DNA of 64,000 bases from Candidatus Pacearchaeota archaeon (GTDB lineage: Archaea; Nanobdellota; Nanobdellia; Pacearchaeales; GW2011-AR1), in assembly GCA_018303885.1 (NCBI GenBank), contig JAGVXG010000001.1:11746-75745 (forward strand), given 5' to 3'. The position numbers and the translations under genes are program-made. A model generated the notes under the pieces. That model was not told the DNA's origin. It made no database searches and worked only from the letters and a program-made list of their open reading frames with translations. Of this stretch, positions 18,406 to 27,820 are shown piece after piece (position 1 is the stretch's first letter; each line of letters opens with the position of its first letter).

Positions 18406-20002
18406 CGTACATTTCTTTCTCTTTCTTCATATTAAAATCTTGCCCTTTGCCTGTCGAAGCAATTACATCATCTATTCTTAAAATCATGTTGGCTACTTCG
18501 CTGGCAGAACTTATTGCCTGGCTTTTTATTTTTAATGGCTCAATGATTTGGGCTTCGAGCATGTTTTCTACTTTGTTCTTGAATAGATTTAGCCCTGCGT
18601 TTCTTTCCCCAGAATCATGTCTTGATTTTAACTCTGTGAGAATGTCTATTGGATCTAAACCAGCGTTTTCTGCGAGTGTTATTGGTATGAATTCTAAGGC
18701 AGAGGCAAATTCTTCTACTGCCAGTTGTTCTCTGCCGAAAAGTCCATTTGAAAATTCTCTTAACCTACGAGCCAGTTCTATTTCTACGGCTCCGCCGCCT
18801 GGAACTACAAGCTCTGACTGTAGCACACAAGATACATCGCCTAAACCATCTTTTATTGCCCTTTCAACCTCATCAATAACATGCTCTGTTCCGCCGTGAA
18901 TGAGGATTGTGAGTGCTTTTGGATTTTGACAGCCAGTAATGTAAGTCATCGAATCTGTTCCATGCTTTATTTCTTCAACTGTCTGCGCGTTTCCAGTTTC
19001 AAAAGGAGTAAGTTCATTTATATTGCTGACTATTTTCGCTCCTGTTGCCTTGGAGATTTTTTCCATGTCGCTTCTGGCAACACGCCTGCAAGCATAAGTC
19101 CCTTCTTTGGCAAGAAGGTACTGTGCAAAATCATCAATTCCTTTCTGGCAGAAGATGACATTGGCTCCAGAGATTTTTACTTTTTCCACCATTCCTTTGA
19201 TTTCCCTTTCTTCCTGCATCACAAAACCCTGGAGCTGTTCAGGAGAGGTAATTGAAATTTTTGTGTCAATTTCCGGATTTTTTAGTTCAAGAGGAAAATC
19301 AATAAGCGCAATCTTTGCATTAGAAACCAGAGTAGGCATGTCATGGGAAACCTTTTCTTTGTCAATTACGATACCTGAAATCAATTCTGTGTCTTTTATT
19401 CCGTTGCCTTTTGATTTTTCTATTTTTATGTCATTCAAGTCAATTTTTCCGTTGTTTTCAATTTGTCTAAGAGCCTGAACAATTATTTCTGCAAACCTTT
19501 CTTTTGCGTCTTCGGCACCTTTTCCAGTCATTGCTGTCATTGCAATCTGTTTTAAGATGTCGATATCATTAGGAGTTACTCTTAAGGAGATGTCTTTCAG
19601 GATTTCTTGTGATTTTTCAGATGCTAACCTGTAGCCCTTTGTGATAGTTGTTGGATGAATTTTTTTATCGAGAAGTTTTTCTGCATTTTCTAAAAGCTTT
19701 CCTGCTATCATCACTGCTGTCGTCGTGCCATCACCCACCTCGCTTTCCTGGGTTTTTGCAATCTCAACCATCATCTTTGCGGCAGGATGCTCTATCTGCA
19801 TTTCTTCAAGGATTGTGACCCCGTCATTTGTTATGGTAATGTCTCCTGTCGGAGAGACGAGCATTTTATCCATTCCTCTTGGACCGAGAGTGGTTTTTAC
19901 AATCTCTGCCACCATTCTCGCGACAAAAATATTATTTCTTTGGGCGTCTTTGCCAAGCAACCGATGCACATCTTCAGGCATTATACTTGATTTTTCTGAC
20001 AT
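18395..20002 (-). CDS. ths: Thermosome subunit (group II chaperonin)
   Basis: 535 aa; [33 protein letters not shown] motifs. Confidence 0.95.
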   Translation of the reverse strand: MSEKSSIMPEDVHRLLGKDAQRNNIFVARMVAEIVKTTLGPRGMDKMLVSPTGDITITNDGVTILEEMQIEHPAAKMMVEIAKTQESEVGDGTTTAVMIAGKLLENAEKLLDKKIHPTTITKGYRLASEKSQEILKDISLRVTPNDIDILKQIAMTAMTGKGAEDAKERFAEIIVQALRQIENNGKIDLNDIKIEKSKGNGIKDTELISGIVIDKEKVSHDMPTLVSNAKIALIDFPLELKNPEIDTKISITSPEQLQGFVMQEEREIKGMVEKVKISGANVIFCQKGIDDFAQYLLAKEGTYACRRVARSDMEKISKATGAKIVSNINELTPFETGNAQTVEEIKHGTDSMTYITGCQNPKALTILIHGGTEHVIDEVERAIKDGLGDVSCVLQSELVVPGGGAVEIELARRLREFSNGLFGREQLAVEEFASALEFIPITLAENAGLDPIDILTELKSRHDSGERNAGLNLFKNKVENMLEAQIIEPLKIKSQAISSASEVANMILRIDDVIASTGKGQDFNMKKEKEMYDEF

Positions 20003-20005
20003 TTT

Positions 20006-20308
20006 TTATCTAGTTAAAACGGAAAGTTTATTTACTCTATCTTCTAAAAAATCTGAGTTGTTTAATGAGTTAAGCGGGCATTTTATTTTTTTTATATTTG
20101 CTTCTGATAACCTATCTTTTAGCTCTTGTCCAATCGGAATTCCTGTTTCAAAATCATCTAATGCAATTAAAGTTAAACAATCATAATGAGCATTTTCCTT
20201 ATGTCCTTGAAGTATAATTACATCTTTTCTATCATTTCTAGTATAATCTAACCAATTAAGATAGAAAGGACATCTCGCTGTATTAGGACAATATTCTGAC
20301 ATAATCAT
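20006..20308 (-). CDS. Hypothetical Cys-containing protein (upstream of thermosome)
   Basis: 100 aa; CPNTARCP ... C ... CP; TATA-like gtttaaata about 20 nt upstream of ATG. Confidence 0.4.
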   Translation of the reverse strand: MIMSEYCPNTARCPFYLNWLDYTRNDRKDVIILQGHKENAHYDCLTLIALDDFETGIPIGQELKDRLSEANIKKIKCPLNSLNNSDFLEDRVNKLSVLTR

Positions 20309-20405
20309 AATCTTGAGGAGACTTATTTAAACATTATTGTAATGAAGTAAAAGTAGGAACTGTAGGAATCAGCCTCATAAAATTTATAAGTAACTGCTGC
20401 CTTAA

Positions 20406-20972
20406 TTGTTTATGAAAAACATCCTTGTCGCGGATGTTATGACGCGCGAACCGGTGACAGCGAGGTCTGACGAAACCCTCTTCAATTGTGCCAAAAAAAT
20501 GGTGCGTAGGAAGGTCGGCAGTTTGCTTCTTATTGACGGTAAAAAACTTGCCGGATTTATCAGCCAGAAAGATATTCTATGGGCATTGATAAAAAAATCC
20601 AATATTGACTTATCTAAAATCAAGGCAATTGACATTTCACCAAAGAAAATAGCGGTAATAAAACCCACTGCAACGGTTCAGGAAGCGATAGGAAAAATGC
20701 AAAAATTCCAGTTTGAAAGGCTTCCTGTTGTCGATAATGGCAATCTTGTTGGAATGGTAACTGTAAAAGATGTTCTAAGCTTTCACCCAAATATTTACCC
20801 TGAGCTTGAGGAATTCATCCAAATCAGGGAAGAACAGGAAAAACTGAAAAGAATAAAAAAGAAAGATCTTGCTGTAATTGAAGACGGCATCTGCGAGGAA
20901 TGCGGAAAAAGAGCATCGTTATATCGTGTTCACGGAATGCTAATCTGCGATTCATGCAGGAGTTCTATATAA
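20406..20972 (+). CDS. CBS-domain pair protein with C-terminal zinc ribbon
   Basis: 188 aa; two CBS motifs; C-terminal CEECGKR...CDSCRS. Confidence 0.7.
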   Translation: MFMKNILVADVMTREPVTARSDETLFNCAKKMVRRKVGSLLLIDGKKLAGFISQKDILWALIKKSNIDLSKIKAIDISPKKIAVIKPTATVQEAIGKMQKFQFERLPVVDNGNLVGMVTVKDVLSFHPNIYPELEEFIQIREEQEKLKRIKKKDLAVIEDGICEECGKRASLYRVHGMLICDSCRSSI

Positions 20973-21018
20973 AAGTTAAATATTTAAACAAGATTTCTCT
21001 TTTATAAAAAGAATAAAA

Positions 21019-21525
21019 ATGGTTGAAAAGGAAACGATATTTTCAAGCAAAGTCAGTTATACTGGAATTTTTTCGTTTAAAGATTTCTACAAATTTTGCT
21101 ATGAATGGCTGAAAGATGAAACAGGAATGGACCCATTATCTGAGATTAAGTATGAGGAGAAGATAGTAGGGGAAATGAAGAATATTATTGTGAAATGGAA
21201 GGGTGAAAAAAAAGTTACAGACTATTTCAAGTTCGAGATGGAAGTGAATTTTAAGATAGAAAAACTGACTAATGTAGAAATAACGCAGGGCGGAGCAAAG
21301 GTTAGCACGAATAGCGGTAAGGTCGAGGTTGAAACTAAAGGAAACCTGGTTCGCGATTGGCAGGGAAAGTTTGAATTAACAGCATTTAAAAAATTTCTTA
21401 GAAGCATTTACGAAAAATGGGTTATTCCTGCGAGAGTCGAAGAATACAAGGGCAAACTAGCCGCAGATTGCGATGAGTTTCTAGCTCAGACAAAGGCGTA
21501 TCTTGATTTAGAAGGTAAGAAATAA
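21019..21525 (+). CDS. Hypothetical protein
   Basis: 168 aa; Lys/Glu rich; no motif. Confidence 0.45.
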   Translation: MVEKETIFSSKVSYTGIFSFKDFYKFCYEWLKDETGMDPLSEIKYEEKIVGEMKNIIVKWKGEKKVTDYFKFEMEVNFKIEKLTNVEITQGGAKVSTNSGKVEVETKGNLVRDWQGKFELTAFKKFLRSIYEKWVIPARVEEYKGKLAADCDEFLAQTKAYLDLEGKK

Positions 21526-21571
21526 ACGAACGTCCAGACTTGGCCATCCGAAGGGAAAAAAATAGATTTTG

Positions 21572-21853
21572 TTAAGTGTTACGATTTTTTCTTCCATGAA
21601 AAGGCAAAACTTTTTTATCATAATTTCTCTCGTAAATTGATGTTGAATGCAATGTTTGAGTAGATCCCATAGTATATGGGCTACAATCTAATCTTATGTA
21701 TCTAATCCCTTTATTGTCATAGCTTATTATTATCTTTGTTGAATTATGTGATTCATGTTCTCTTAAGAAAGGCTTAATATTTTTAAGAGTTAAATCTGAT
21801 TCAGGAATTTCCATAGCCTTGGCAATTGCTTTAAGCCTATCAATTAAATCCAT
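21572..21853 (-). CDS. Hypothetical protein
   Basis: 93 aa. Confidence 0.35.
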   Translation of the reverse strand: MDLIDRLKAIAKAMEIPESDLTLKNIKPFLREHESHNSTKIIISYDNKGIRYIRLDCSPYTMGSTQTLHSTSIYERNYDKKVLPFHGRKNRNT

Positions 21854-21951
21854 TTTGCTCTAGAGTGGCATCTGTTTATAATAATTTATATTTAATAACT
21901 GCAGAAAACAGCAACCGAAATCCTTAAATATAAATTCTTTCTGTTGTTTGT

Positions 21952-23349
21952 ATGAAAAAGATGTTTGTTTTGGTTTTTTTGTTTTTTGCTGGTATATTCC
22001 TAACTGTTTCATTGGTTTCTGCTATAAATCTCAAAGTTGAAAAAATAAGCAGTAGTGAGGCATGGGTTTCAGATCTTGACAAGCCTGTTGTTTTCGACTT
22101 AAAAATAACTAATCTCGGCTCCAGCGACAGTTTTAGTTTTTACAATCTTCTTGGTTTCAGAATGTTTCCTGTTGGAACAGTTCCGATATCTAATAGCGAA
22201 GTCAAAGAAGTAAGGGTTGAAGTTTTCCCTTTGTCAAAACTTCCTGACAGCGGATTTTATACATTTCCCTATTATATAAGAGGAAACGATGGCTCTGAAA
22301 TAAGCCAAAATTTAACATTCAAAATAATCGGCTTGGAAAATGCCTTTGAAGTTGGTTCTGCCGATGTCGATATAGAGGCTAATACCCTTGAAATATATCT
22401 CAAAAATAGGGAAAACTTTAATTTTGGAAATGTCGATGCGGTTTTTTCATCCCCCTTTTTTAATCTGGAAAAAAGCTTTACACTTGGCCCTTATGAAACA
22501 AAGAAGTTTGCAGTTCAGCTGAATAACGAGGATTTCAGAAGCCTGCTTGCCGGTTTTTACACGATGACGGCAGAAGTTACTGTTGACGGAGAAAAAGCAA
22601 AAGTTGAAGGCACTATAAAATTCGTCGAGAAAAACCTTGTTACAACGACAAAAAAGAATTTCGGACTTTTTGTGCATACTAGTGTAATTGAAAAGAAAAA
22701 TGAAGGAAACACAGTCGAGCGTTCTGAAACAGTCATAAAGAAGAATATTATCTCAAGACTTTTTACAACTTTCAGTCCTGAACCAGACCTCGTTGAAAGA
22801 GACGGCTGGGCAATATACTATACTTGGACAAGAGATGTTGGGCCTGGTGAAAATTATAACATCACTGTGAAAACCAACTGGCTTTTCCCATTCTTGATTA
22901 TTTTATTCTTAGTCATAGTTGTCGCCATTGTAAGACGTTATTCTGAATCAAGCCTGGTTCTAAAGAAAAAAGTTTCGTTTGTGAGCGCTAAAGGCGGTGA
23001 ATTTGCTCTCAAAGTTTCTATTCTTGTGAAGTCAAAGAGATACTTGGAAAGGGTTAATGTCATAGATAGGCTTCCTCCTTTGGTGAACATTTATGAGAGA
23101 TTTGGAGGAGACAGACCTTCGAGAGTAGATCAAAAAAACAGAAGGCTTGAATGGAATTTTGAAAAACTTTCTCCAGGGGAAACAAGAATTCTTAGTTATA
23201 TAATCTATTCCAAGGTTGGCGTTTTTGGAAAGTTTGCGCTGCCTACTGCAACAGGCATTTTTGAGAAAAACGGCGAGATTCATGAATCAGAATCTAACAG
23301 GGCATTTTTTGTTTCAGAACAAAGAGCGAAGCCGGAAGATGAACGATAA
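21952..23349 (+). CDS. Secreted surface protein with internal TM anchor
   Basis: 465 aa; N-terminal signal peptide, beta-rich ectodomain, TM at NWLFPFLIILFLVIVVAIV, C-terminal cytoplasmic domain. Confidence 0.5.
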   Translation: MKKMFVLVFLFFAGIFLTVSLVSAINLKVEKISSSEAWVSDLDKPVVFDLKITNLGSSDSFSFYNLLGFRMFPVGTVPISNSEVKEVRVEVFPLSKLPDSGFYTFPYYIRGNDGSEISQNLTFKIIGLENAFEVGSADVDIEANTLEIYLKNRENFNFGNVDAVFSSPFFNLEKSFTLGPYETKKFAVQLNNEDFRSLLAGFYTMTAEVTVDGEKAKVEGTIKFVEKNLVTTTKKNFGLFVHTSVIEKKNEGNTVERSETVIKKNIISRLFTTFSPEPDLVERDGWAIYYTWTRDVGPGENYNITVKTNWLFPFLIILFLVIVVAIVRRYSESSLVLKKKVSFVSAKGGEFALKVSILVKSKRYLERVNVIDRLPPLVNIYERFGGDRPSRVDQKNRRLEWNFEKLSPGETRILSYIIYSKVGVFGKFALPTATGIFEKNGEIHESESNRAFFVSEQRAKPEDER

Positions 23350-23380
23350 GAACTTTTAAAAGTAAATAATTCTTTAGCTG

Positions 23381-23638
23381 TTGATGCCAAAGAAAAGAGT
23401 AAAGAAAGGTTCCAAGCGTGGAATAAAATATCATATAACGCATAAATCAAGATTGACTTCTCTTTTGGCAATTAAAATATTATTGGCTTTTTTATGTTTT
23501 GGCTTGGGAATAATTGCTTATTTTTTTATTAATGGTATTTTTAATCAGGTTATTTCGTTGATTTTATCATTTGTAGTTGCCATTGTGCTTTATTTGTTCT
23601 TATTTCTCAGGGTTTTGAATCAGTTTAAGTTCCAGTGA
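23381..23638 (+). CDS. Small basic membrane protein
   Basis: 85 aa; KKRVKKGSKRGIKYH then 2 TM. Confidence 0.3.
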   Translation: MMPKKRVKKGSKRGIKYHITHKSRLTSLLAIKILLAFLCFGLGIIAYFFINGIFNQVISLILSFVVAIVLYLFLFLRVLNQFKFQ

Positions 23639-23646
23639 TTTTAGAA

Positions 23647-23901
23647 TTAGACTAATAGCCTAAGGGGGACATTAACTTTACCTTTAGATTTTTCTTTTAA
23701 GTAGTTTACTATTGAAAGTTTTAGTGCTCTTAAATTAACGTCACTTCTATTTTCATATCTTGCATCAGCAAATTCATACCCATTTATGAAAGAGCCCAGT
23801 GCAGCCCCATAAAAATCTTCTCTAAAAGCTATAGGCAATGATTCCGCTAGTTGATCTAATTTCCTGATTAGGACATGGTCTTTTATTTCCATAGTCATCA
23901 T
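23647..23901 (-). CDS. Hypothetical protein
   Basis: 84 aa. Confidence 0.35.
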   Translation of the reverse strand: MMTMEIKDHVLIRKLDQLAESLPIAFREDFYGAALGSFINGYEFADARYENRSDVNLRALKLSIVNYLKEKSKGKVNVPLRLLV

Positions 23902-23986
23902 TGAAGAACTTCTTTTTTAAACATTATTATACTTGGTTATACACTAATGACAAACCTTAAAAATCCCAATCCTGTTTTTAAATAAA

Positions 23987-24139
23987 CCCTCTGTAGCTTA
24001 GTGGTTAAAGCGCCTGGCTGTAGGTTTTACCTAAGGTGGAGATTCAATTATGATTACGATGAAGCCCCAAAAGCCAGCTCTTGAGTTTAAGAACGAAGCA
24101 GAACCCGGGAGATCCCCAGTTCGACTCTGGGCGGAGGGA
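23987..24139 (+). tRNA. tRNA-Tyr(GTA) with an 80-nt intron at canonical 37/38 position (intron 24024..24103)
   Basis: Acceptor CCCTCTG/CGGAGGG, D arm GCTT-AGTGGTTA-AAGC, anticodon stem CCTGG/CCGGG, loop CTGTAG|...|C, T arm CCCAG-TTCGACT-CTGGG, discriminator A, then T-tract. Confidence 0.6.
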
Positions 24140-24185
24140 TTTTTCTTTTCAGAAGATTTATAAATAAAAAGACTACCCTCTTTTT

Positions 24186-24677
24186 ATGACATTATTTTAT
24201 CATGGAACAGATGTTGACTCTGCAATCGGAATAGCAAGAGATGGGGCAATTTTATCTCCTTGGGACGAAACAATTTTGAGATATAGGGGGCTTAGAATAG
24301 CACAAACAATGTCTTATCGCGAGCTTCAAAAACTTGCTTTAGAAGATGCTAGCCGACTTTATTCTGACCATGAATTAGAACACAGAGTTAAGTCTATTAG
24401 TTTAGATACTAGATTTTATATCGCTAAAGGTTACGCTTTAGGATATAAGGAAGAACATTTTCATGGTGGAGTTGTTTTAGGTTTTGAAATAGACGAAGAT
24501 TTTTTAAAAAGAATTTGCCTTATTTCATATAGTGGTCATATTCTTGGAGCTTACATCCCAAGAAGACTCAAACTTGATACACTGAAAGAAGTTCATCTAA
24601 CTCCCAAAGCGAAAGATTACAAAGAACAAATTGCTAAGGAATTTGAAGTATATGACCCGGATTTTTTTTATTTATAG
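24186..24677 (+). CDS. ADP-ribosyltransferase-fold protein (H-Y-E class; Tpt1/KptA-like YHGT motif)
   Basis: 163 aa; starts MTLFYHGTDVDSAIGIARDGAILSP (HGT..S motif), later Tyr-rich strand and EIDED acidic motif; weak family assignment. Confidence 0.3.
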   Translation: MTLFYHGTDVDSAIGIARDGAILSPWDETILRYRGLRIAQTMSYRELQKLALEDASRLYSDHELEHRVKSISLDTRFYIAKGYALGYKEEHFHGGVVLGFEIDEDFLKRICLISYSGHILGAYIPRRLKLDTLKEVHLTPKAKDYKEQIAKEFEVYDPDFFYL

Positions 24678-24768
24678 CGCCTTTAATTTTTTTCATCACA
24701 GAAATCTTTAAGACTGATTCTAAAACATCTTCCGCAAACCAATAATACTTAAATATTGAGAAGGGCTT

Positions 24769-25521
24769 TTGGTTTGTATGGAAAACCGCGAAAGACTTGT
24801 CATAGAAATTCTTCTTGGATTGATTCTCATAGTTCTTTTAGTATTGCTTGCCTTTCTTGTTGTTGGAATTTCAGGAGTTTCTAGTTATAAGCCAACACAG
24901 ACTCAAACTCCGACAGCAATAACAAACTCTTACAATACTAATTATAATACATATCAACAGCCAAGAACATATACAAGAACACAGCCAATTGTTAGATATA
25001 CAACCTCAAAGCCTTATTTTGTTGATGATAATTATAGATATACTAATCGTTATCGGGACGAAAATGCCCGCGTTTATTATTTAGATTCAGATTTTTATGA
25101 TGATGACAATGGCGATTTTTATGATTCTACATACAGAAAAACAAAAACTTCTACAAGATACATGGACTATGATGACTCTTCAAGACTTAGAAGATCAGAA
25201 GGGATTATTGGAAATGACGTCAATAATTATGAGGTTTATGTGAGAAATGAGGAATTTAAAGGAGGATATTTCGAGGTGACATTTTACTTTGAGGACTATT
25301 ACGGAGAAACTTCAAGAAGCTCTGAAACACGTTATATTCCGGCAAGAGAAGAGAAAAAATTCTTTTACAAAGACATTTCCCCTCAACGTTATAAATATCG
25401 TGATTGGTGGTACGATGTAAGGTCTCTATCAAAAGTCCCTGAAAAAACCTATTATGATGAGGGGGATTACTATGCAAGAGATTATGATGCTATGCCAATG
25501 AGAGTTTATTATTACAGATAA
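24769..25521 (+). CDS. Membrane-anchored Tyr/Asp/Arg-rich low-complexity protein
   Basis: 250 aa; N-terminal TM, T/Q/Y-rich linker, extreme Y/D/R/E content (DxYY, RYR repeats). Confidence 0.45.
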   Translation: MVCMENRERLVIEILLGLILIVLLVLLAFLVVGISGVSSYKPTQTQTPTAITNSYNTNYNTYQQPRTYTRTQPIVRYTTSKPYFVDDNYRYTNRYRDENARVYYLDSDFYDDDNGDFYDSTYRKTKTSTRYMDYDDSSRLRRSEGIIGNDVNNYEVYVRNEEFKGGYFEVTFYFEDYYGETSRSSETRYIPAREEKKFFYKDISPQRYKYRDWWYDVRSLSKVPEKTYYDEGDYYARDYDAMPMRVYYYR

Positions 25522-25581
25522 TATCTAACACTCTTTTTAACATATAAATATTTAAAACTGATTTTTATTTAACCCAATAAC

Positions 25582-26007
25582 ATGCCAAGAAAAATTCTTA
25601 GAAGATTACATAATGCAGCATCTGGAAGACCGCATTTTGAGAGAGAGGATCTGAGCTTTGAGGAAACTCAAAAATTGCTTCAAAATCTTTCGGATAAAAA
25701 TTGCGTGAGAGGAAAAATTACATATTATCATCCAAACCCAACAAAGTTTCTTGAAAAATCTATAACTCCATCTAGAGCATATGACTTTATTTCTAAATAT
25801 TTTGGATCTTCACAAATATTCGTACATAAGGTTAAGTATGACTCTAAAGGAAGTCATGAGATTTATTTTGGAAGTAAAACTGAAATGCATTATATAGAAA
25901 TTTCAGCTGGAGCAATTCAATTAATAGACTACTCAAAAAAGATAAAAAGGCTGATAAGAAGAGGGTCAAAAAGAGCAAATCTCGAATTTTTAATAAAAAA
26001 TCCCTAA
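25582..26007 (+). CDS. Hypothetical protein
   Basis: 141 aa. Confidence 0.4.
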   Translation: MPRKILRRLHNAASGRPHFEREDLSFEETQKLLQNLSDKNCVRGKITYYHPNPTKFLEKSITPSRAYDFISKYFGSSQIFVHKVKYDSKGSHEIYFGSKTEMHYIEISAGAIQLIDYSKKIKRLIRRGSKRANLEFLIKNP

Positions 26008-26095
26008 TAAGTCCCCGTCGGTAAGCATATTCTTATCAATAGAAATGTTTAAAAACAAGATTTATTTAAGAAAAATATCAAAAGGGGTTGATTAA

Positions 26096-26185
26096 ATGGT
26101 GAAAAATTTTATTGTGGATCCTAAGGCTGAGGAAGAGGATACTTTTGAAGATGAGCTCGAAGATTTAGAGCTTGATGATTTTTAA
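26096..26185 (+). CDS. Acidic 29-aa micro-ORF with Shine-Dalgarno
   Basis: MVKNFIVDPKAEEEDTFEDELEDLELDDF*; aaaGGGGTtgatt 7 nt upstream of ATG; not in ORF track (below length cut-off). Confidence 0.25.
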   Translation: MVKNFIVDPKAEEEDTFEDELEDLELDDF

Positions 26186-27096
26186 CTTTTTACTTTAAGA
26201 CTAATTATATTATTTTCTTTTTTTAATTCTTCAGGATTGTAATCTATCGACAGTTTTATTTCGCTGACGCTTGTTTGAAGTACAAAAATATTCGTTAAGG
26301 TTATGAGCTTTCCAGAACCTATTGGCAACGCTTCTATTTCCAATTCTTTTACTGAATCCTCGTCTGCATAGACTATAATTTTTGCATTTTCAGAGTTTTT
26401 TAGGCCGTTGTTTCTTACAACCATTGAGATATCAAGATATCTTCCTTTCATAGAAGCAGAGGCGTTTTCAAAAGTCAAGTCTGGCAAGCTTGGAACTGAA
26501 TAAAGCTCATTTATCACGTTAATGCTATCTTGACCGATTTCCTGTCCGCATCTGCTTACTTCATACATGATGTTTTCTGGGTTTTTGGAATGATCAAATC
26601 CTAAGGCATGCAGTAGTTCATGTATTGCAATGTTTGGCCTTTCACAGCGTGAGTCGCGTAGAAGAATTATGCCCCCATTATGAATGACATTGAAATCTCC
26701 TGCCTGAGTGATGTTTGTCGGACCACCTTCTCCGGCAATGAAGAACTCTCCTTCAAATCTTGTTTTACTTTCGCACGTAATCAAAATTTCTTCATTGTTG
26801 CTTACAGAATAAAAATTTAAAACTGTTTTACTTTCAATTTCTTTGAAAGCGTTTTTCATCTCATCTGCTTTTTCCAAAGTGCAGTCTTCAATCCTGTATG
26901 AGATTCTTGACTCAGAATAACGCAAATTCTCATAGAACTGCATACTTTCTTCTGTAGAGGAATTTAAAGTGAAGTTAGAGTGCCCTGGTCCAAAAATCCT
27001 AAACTCGGTTTCACCTAAAGGAATAAACCAGTAAAAAACCAGCAAGGCAATTACAATTATGAAGAAAATTAAACTAAGAACAGTTTTCCATGTCAT
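26182..27096 (-). CDS. Membrane-anchored zinc metalloprotease, metzincin family
   Basis: 304 aa; HELLHALGFDH (HExxHxxGxxH) plus Met-turn IMY; N-terminal TM. Confidence 0.7.
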   Translation of the reverse strand: MTWKTVLSLIFFIIVIALLVFYWFIPLGETEFRIFGPGHSNFTLNSSTEESMQFYENLRYSESRISYRIEDCTLEKADEMKNAFKEIESKTVLNFYSVSNNEEILITCESKTRFEGEFFIAGEGGPTNITQAGDFNVIHNGGIILLRDSRCERPNIAIHELLHALGFDHSKNPENIMYEVSRCGQEIGQDSINVINELYSVPSLPDLTFENASASMKGRYLDISMVVRNNGLKNSENAKIIVYADEDSVKELEIEALPIGSGKLITLTNIFVLQTSVSEIKLSIDYNPEELKKENNIISLKVKS

Positions 27097-27139
27097 GACT
27101 GAGAAACAGGAAAAGAATATATAAATTTTTTCTGTGCGT

Positions 27140-27433
27140 TTAAGTGGCTTTTGGTGGAGCTGGCCTGTAAACTAAAGCGGAAAGGGTATATGTTGTCGCA
27201 AAAGGAGATTTAATTTTGCTCGGTGAACTAATATCGCATATGTTCGTTGCTCTAAATTCTTGTACATATTTAACTAACCTATCTTCTGCTTCTTGAGCAG
27301 ATGTTCCAGAACCTTTGATCTCACGATATTCATAATTATCGGCAGAAGGTTTATCTAACTTTATCCCTAAATTTTTTAATCTTTCTTCTAATTTTTTGCT
27401 ACCGTGAGTTTTTGATTTCCTAAACCATCCCAT
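27140..27433 (-). CDS. Hypothetical protein
   Basis: 97 aa. Confidence 0.35.
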   Translation of the reverse strand: MGWFRKSKTHGSKKLEERLKNLGIKLDKPSADNYEYREIKGSGTSAQEAEDRLVKYVQEFRATNICDISSPSKIKSPFATTYTLSALVYRPAPPKAT

Positions 27434-27656
27434 CTGTAAAAAATATATTTTCTCTTTTTAAACATTGTTGTTCTTTAAAATTGTGTTTAAACATGCTTTG
27501 AAAATTGGGCATTTTAATTGAACAATTAAATATGCAATCTTTAGATAATTTAGATAAACTATTCCTTATATAGCAAATTTTTTGTATGATGTCTTATATC
27601 TTCTATACTCATCTTTTGATAAAGTTTTTAAACAGAACCAGCCACTCTGTCCTTGT

Positions 27657-27728
27657 GCCTCAATGGTCTAACGGCTATGACACTAGCCTGTCGCGCTGGT
27701 GATCCGGGTTCGACTCCCGGTTGGGGCG
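27657..27728 (+). tRNA. tRNA-Asp(GTC)
   Basis: GCCTCAA acceptor / TTGGGGC, anticodon stem CTAGC/GCTGG loop CTGTCGC, T arm CCGGG-TTCGACT-CCCGG, discriminator G, T-tract follows. Confidence 0.8.
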
Positions 27729-27820
27729 TTTTTAGAAAATATCATCATTGTTATTTCTTGTCAAATCGTCTTTAATCCAATCACAATAATACTTATAAAA
27801 GAAATTCTTTATATCGAGTT

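Noticed and set aside
18150-19990. Multiple ORFs antisense to, or overlapping, the thermosome gene and its downstream gene (18150..18344 minus strand; 18447..18899, 18881..19255, 19107..19478, 19725..20186 and 19787..19990 plus strand)
   Set aside because: The thermosome assignment is unambiguous, and these are shadow ORFs.
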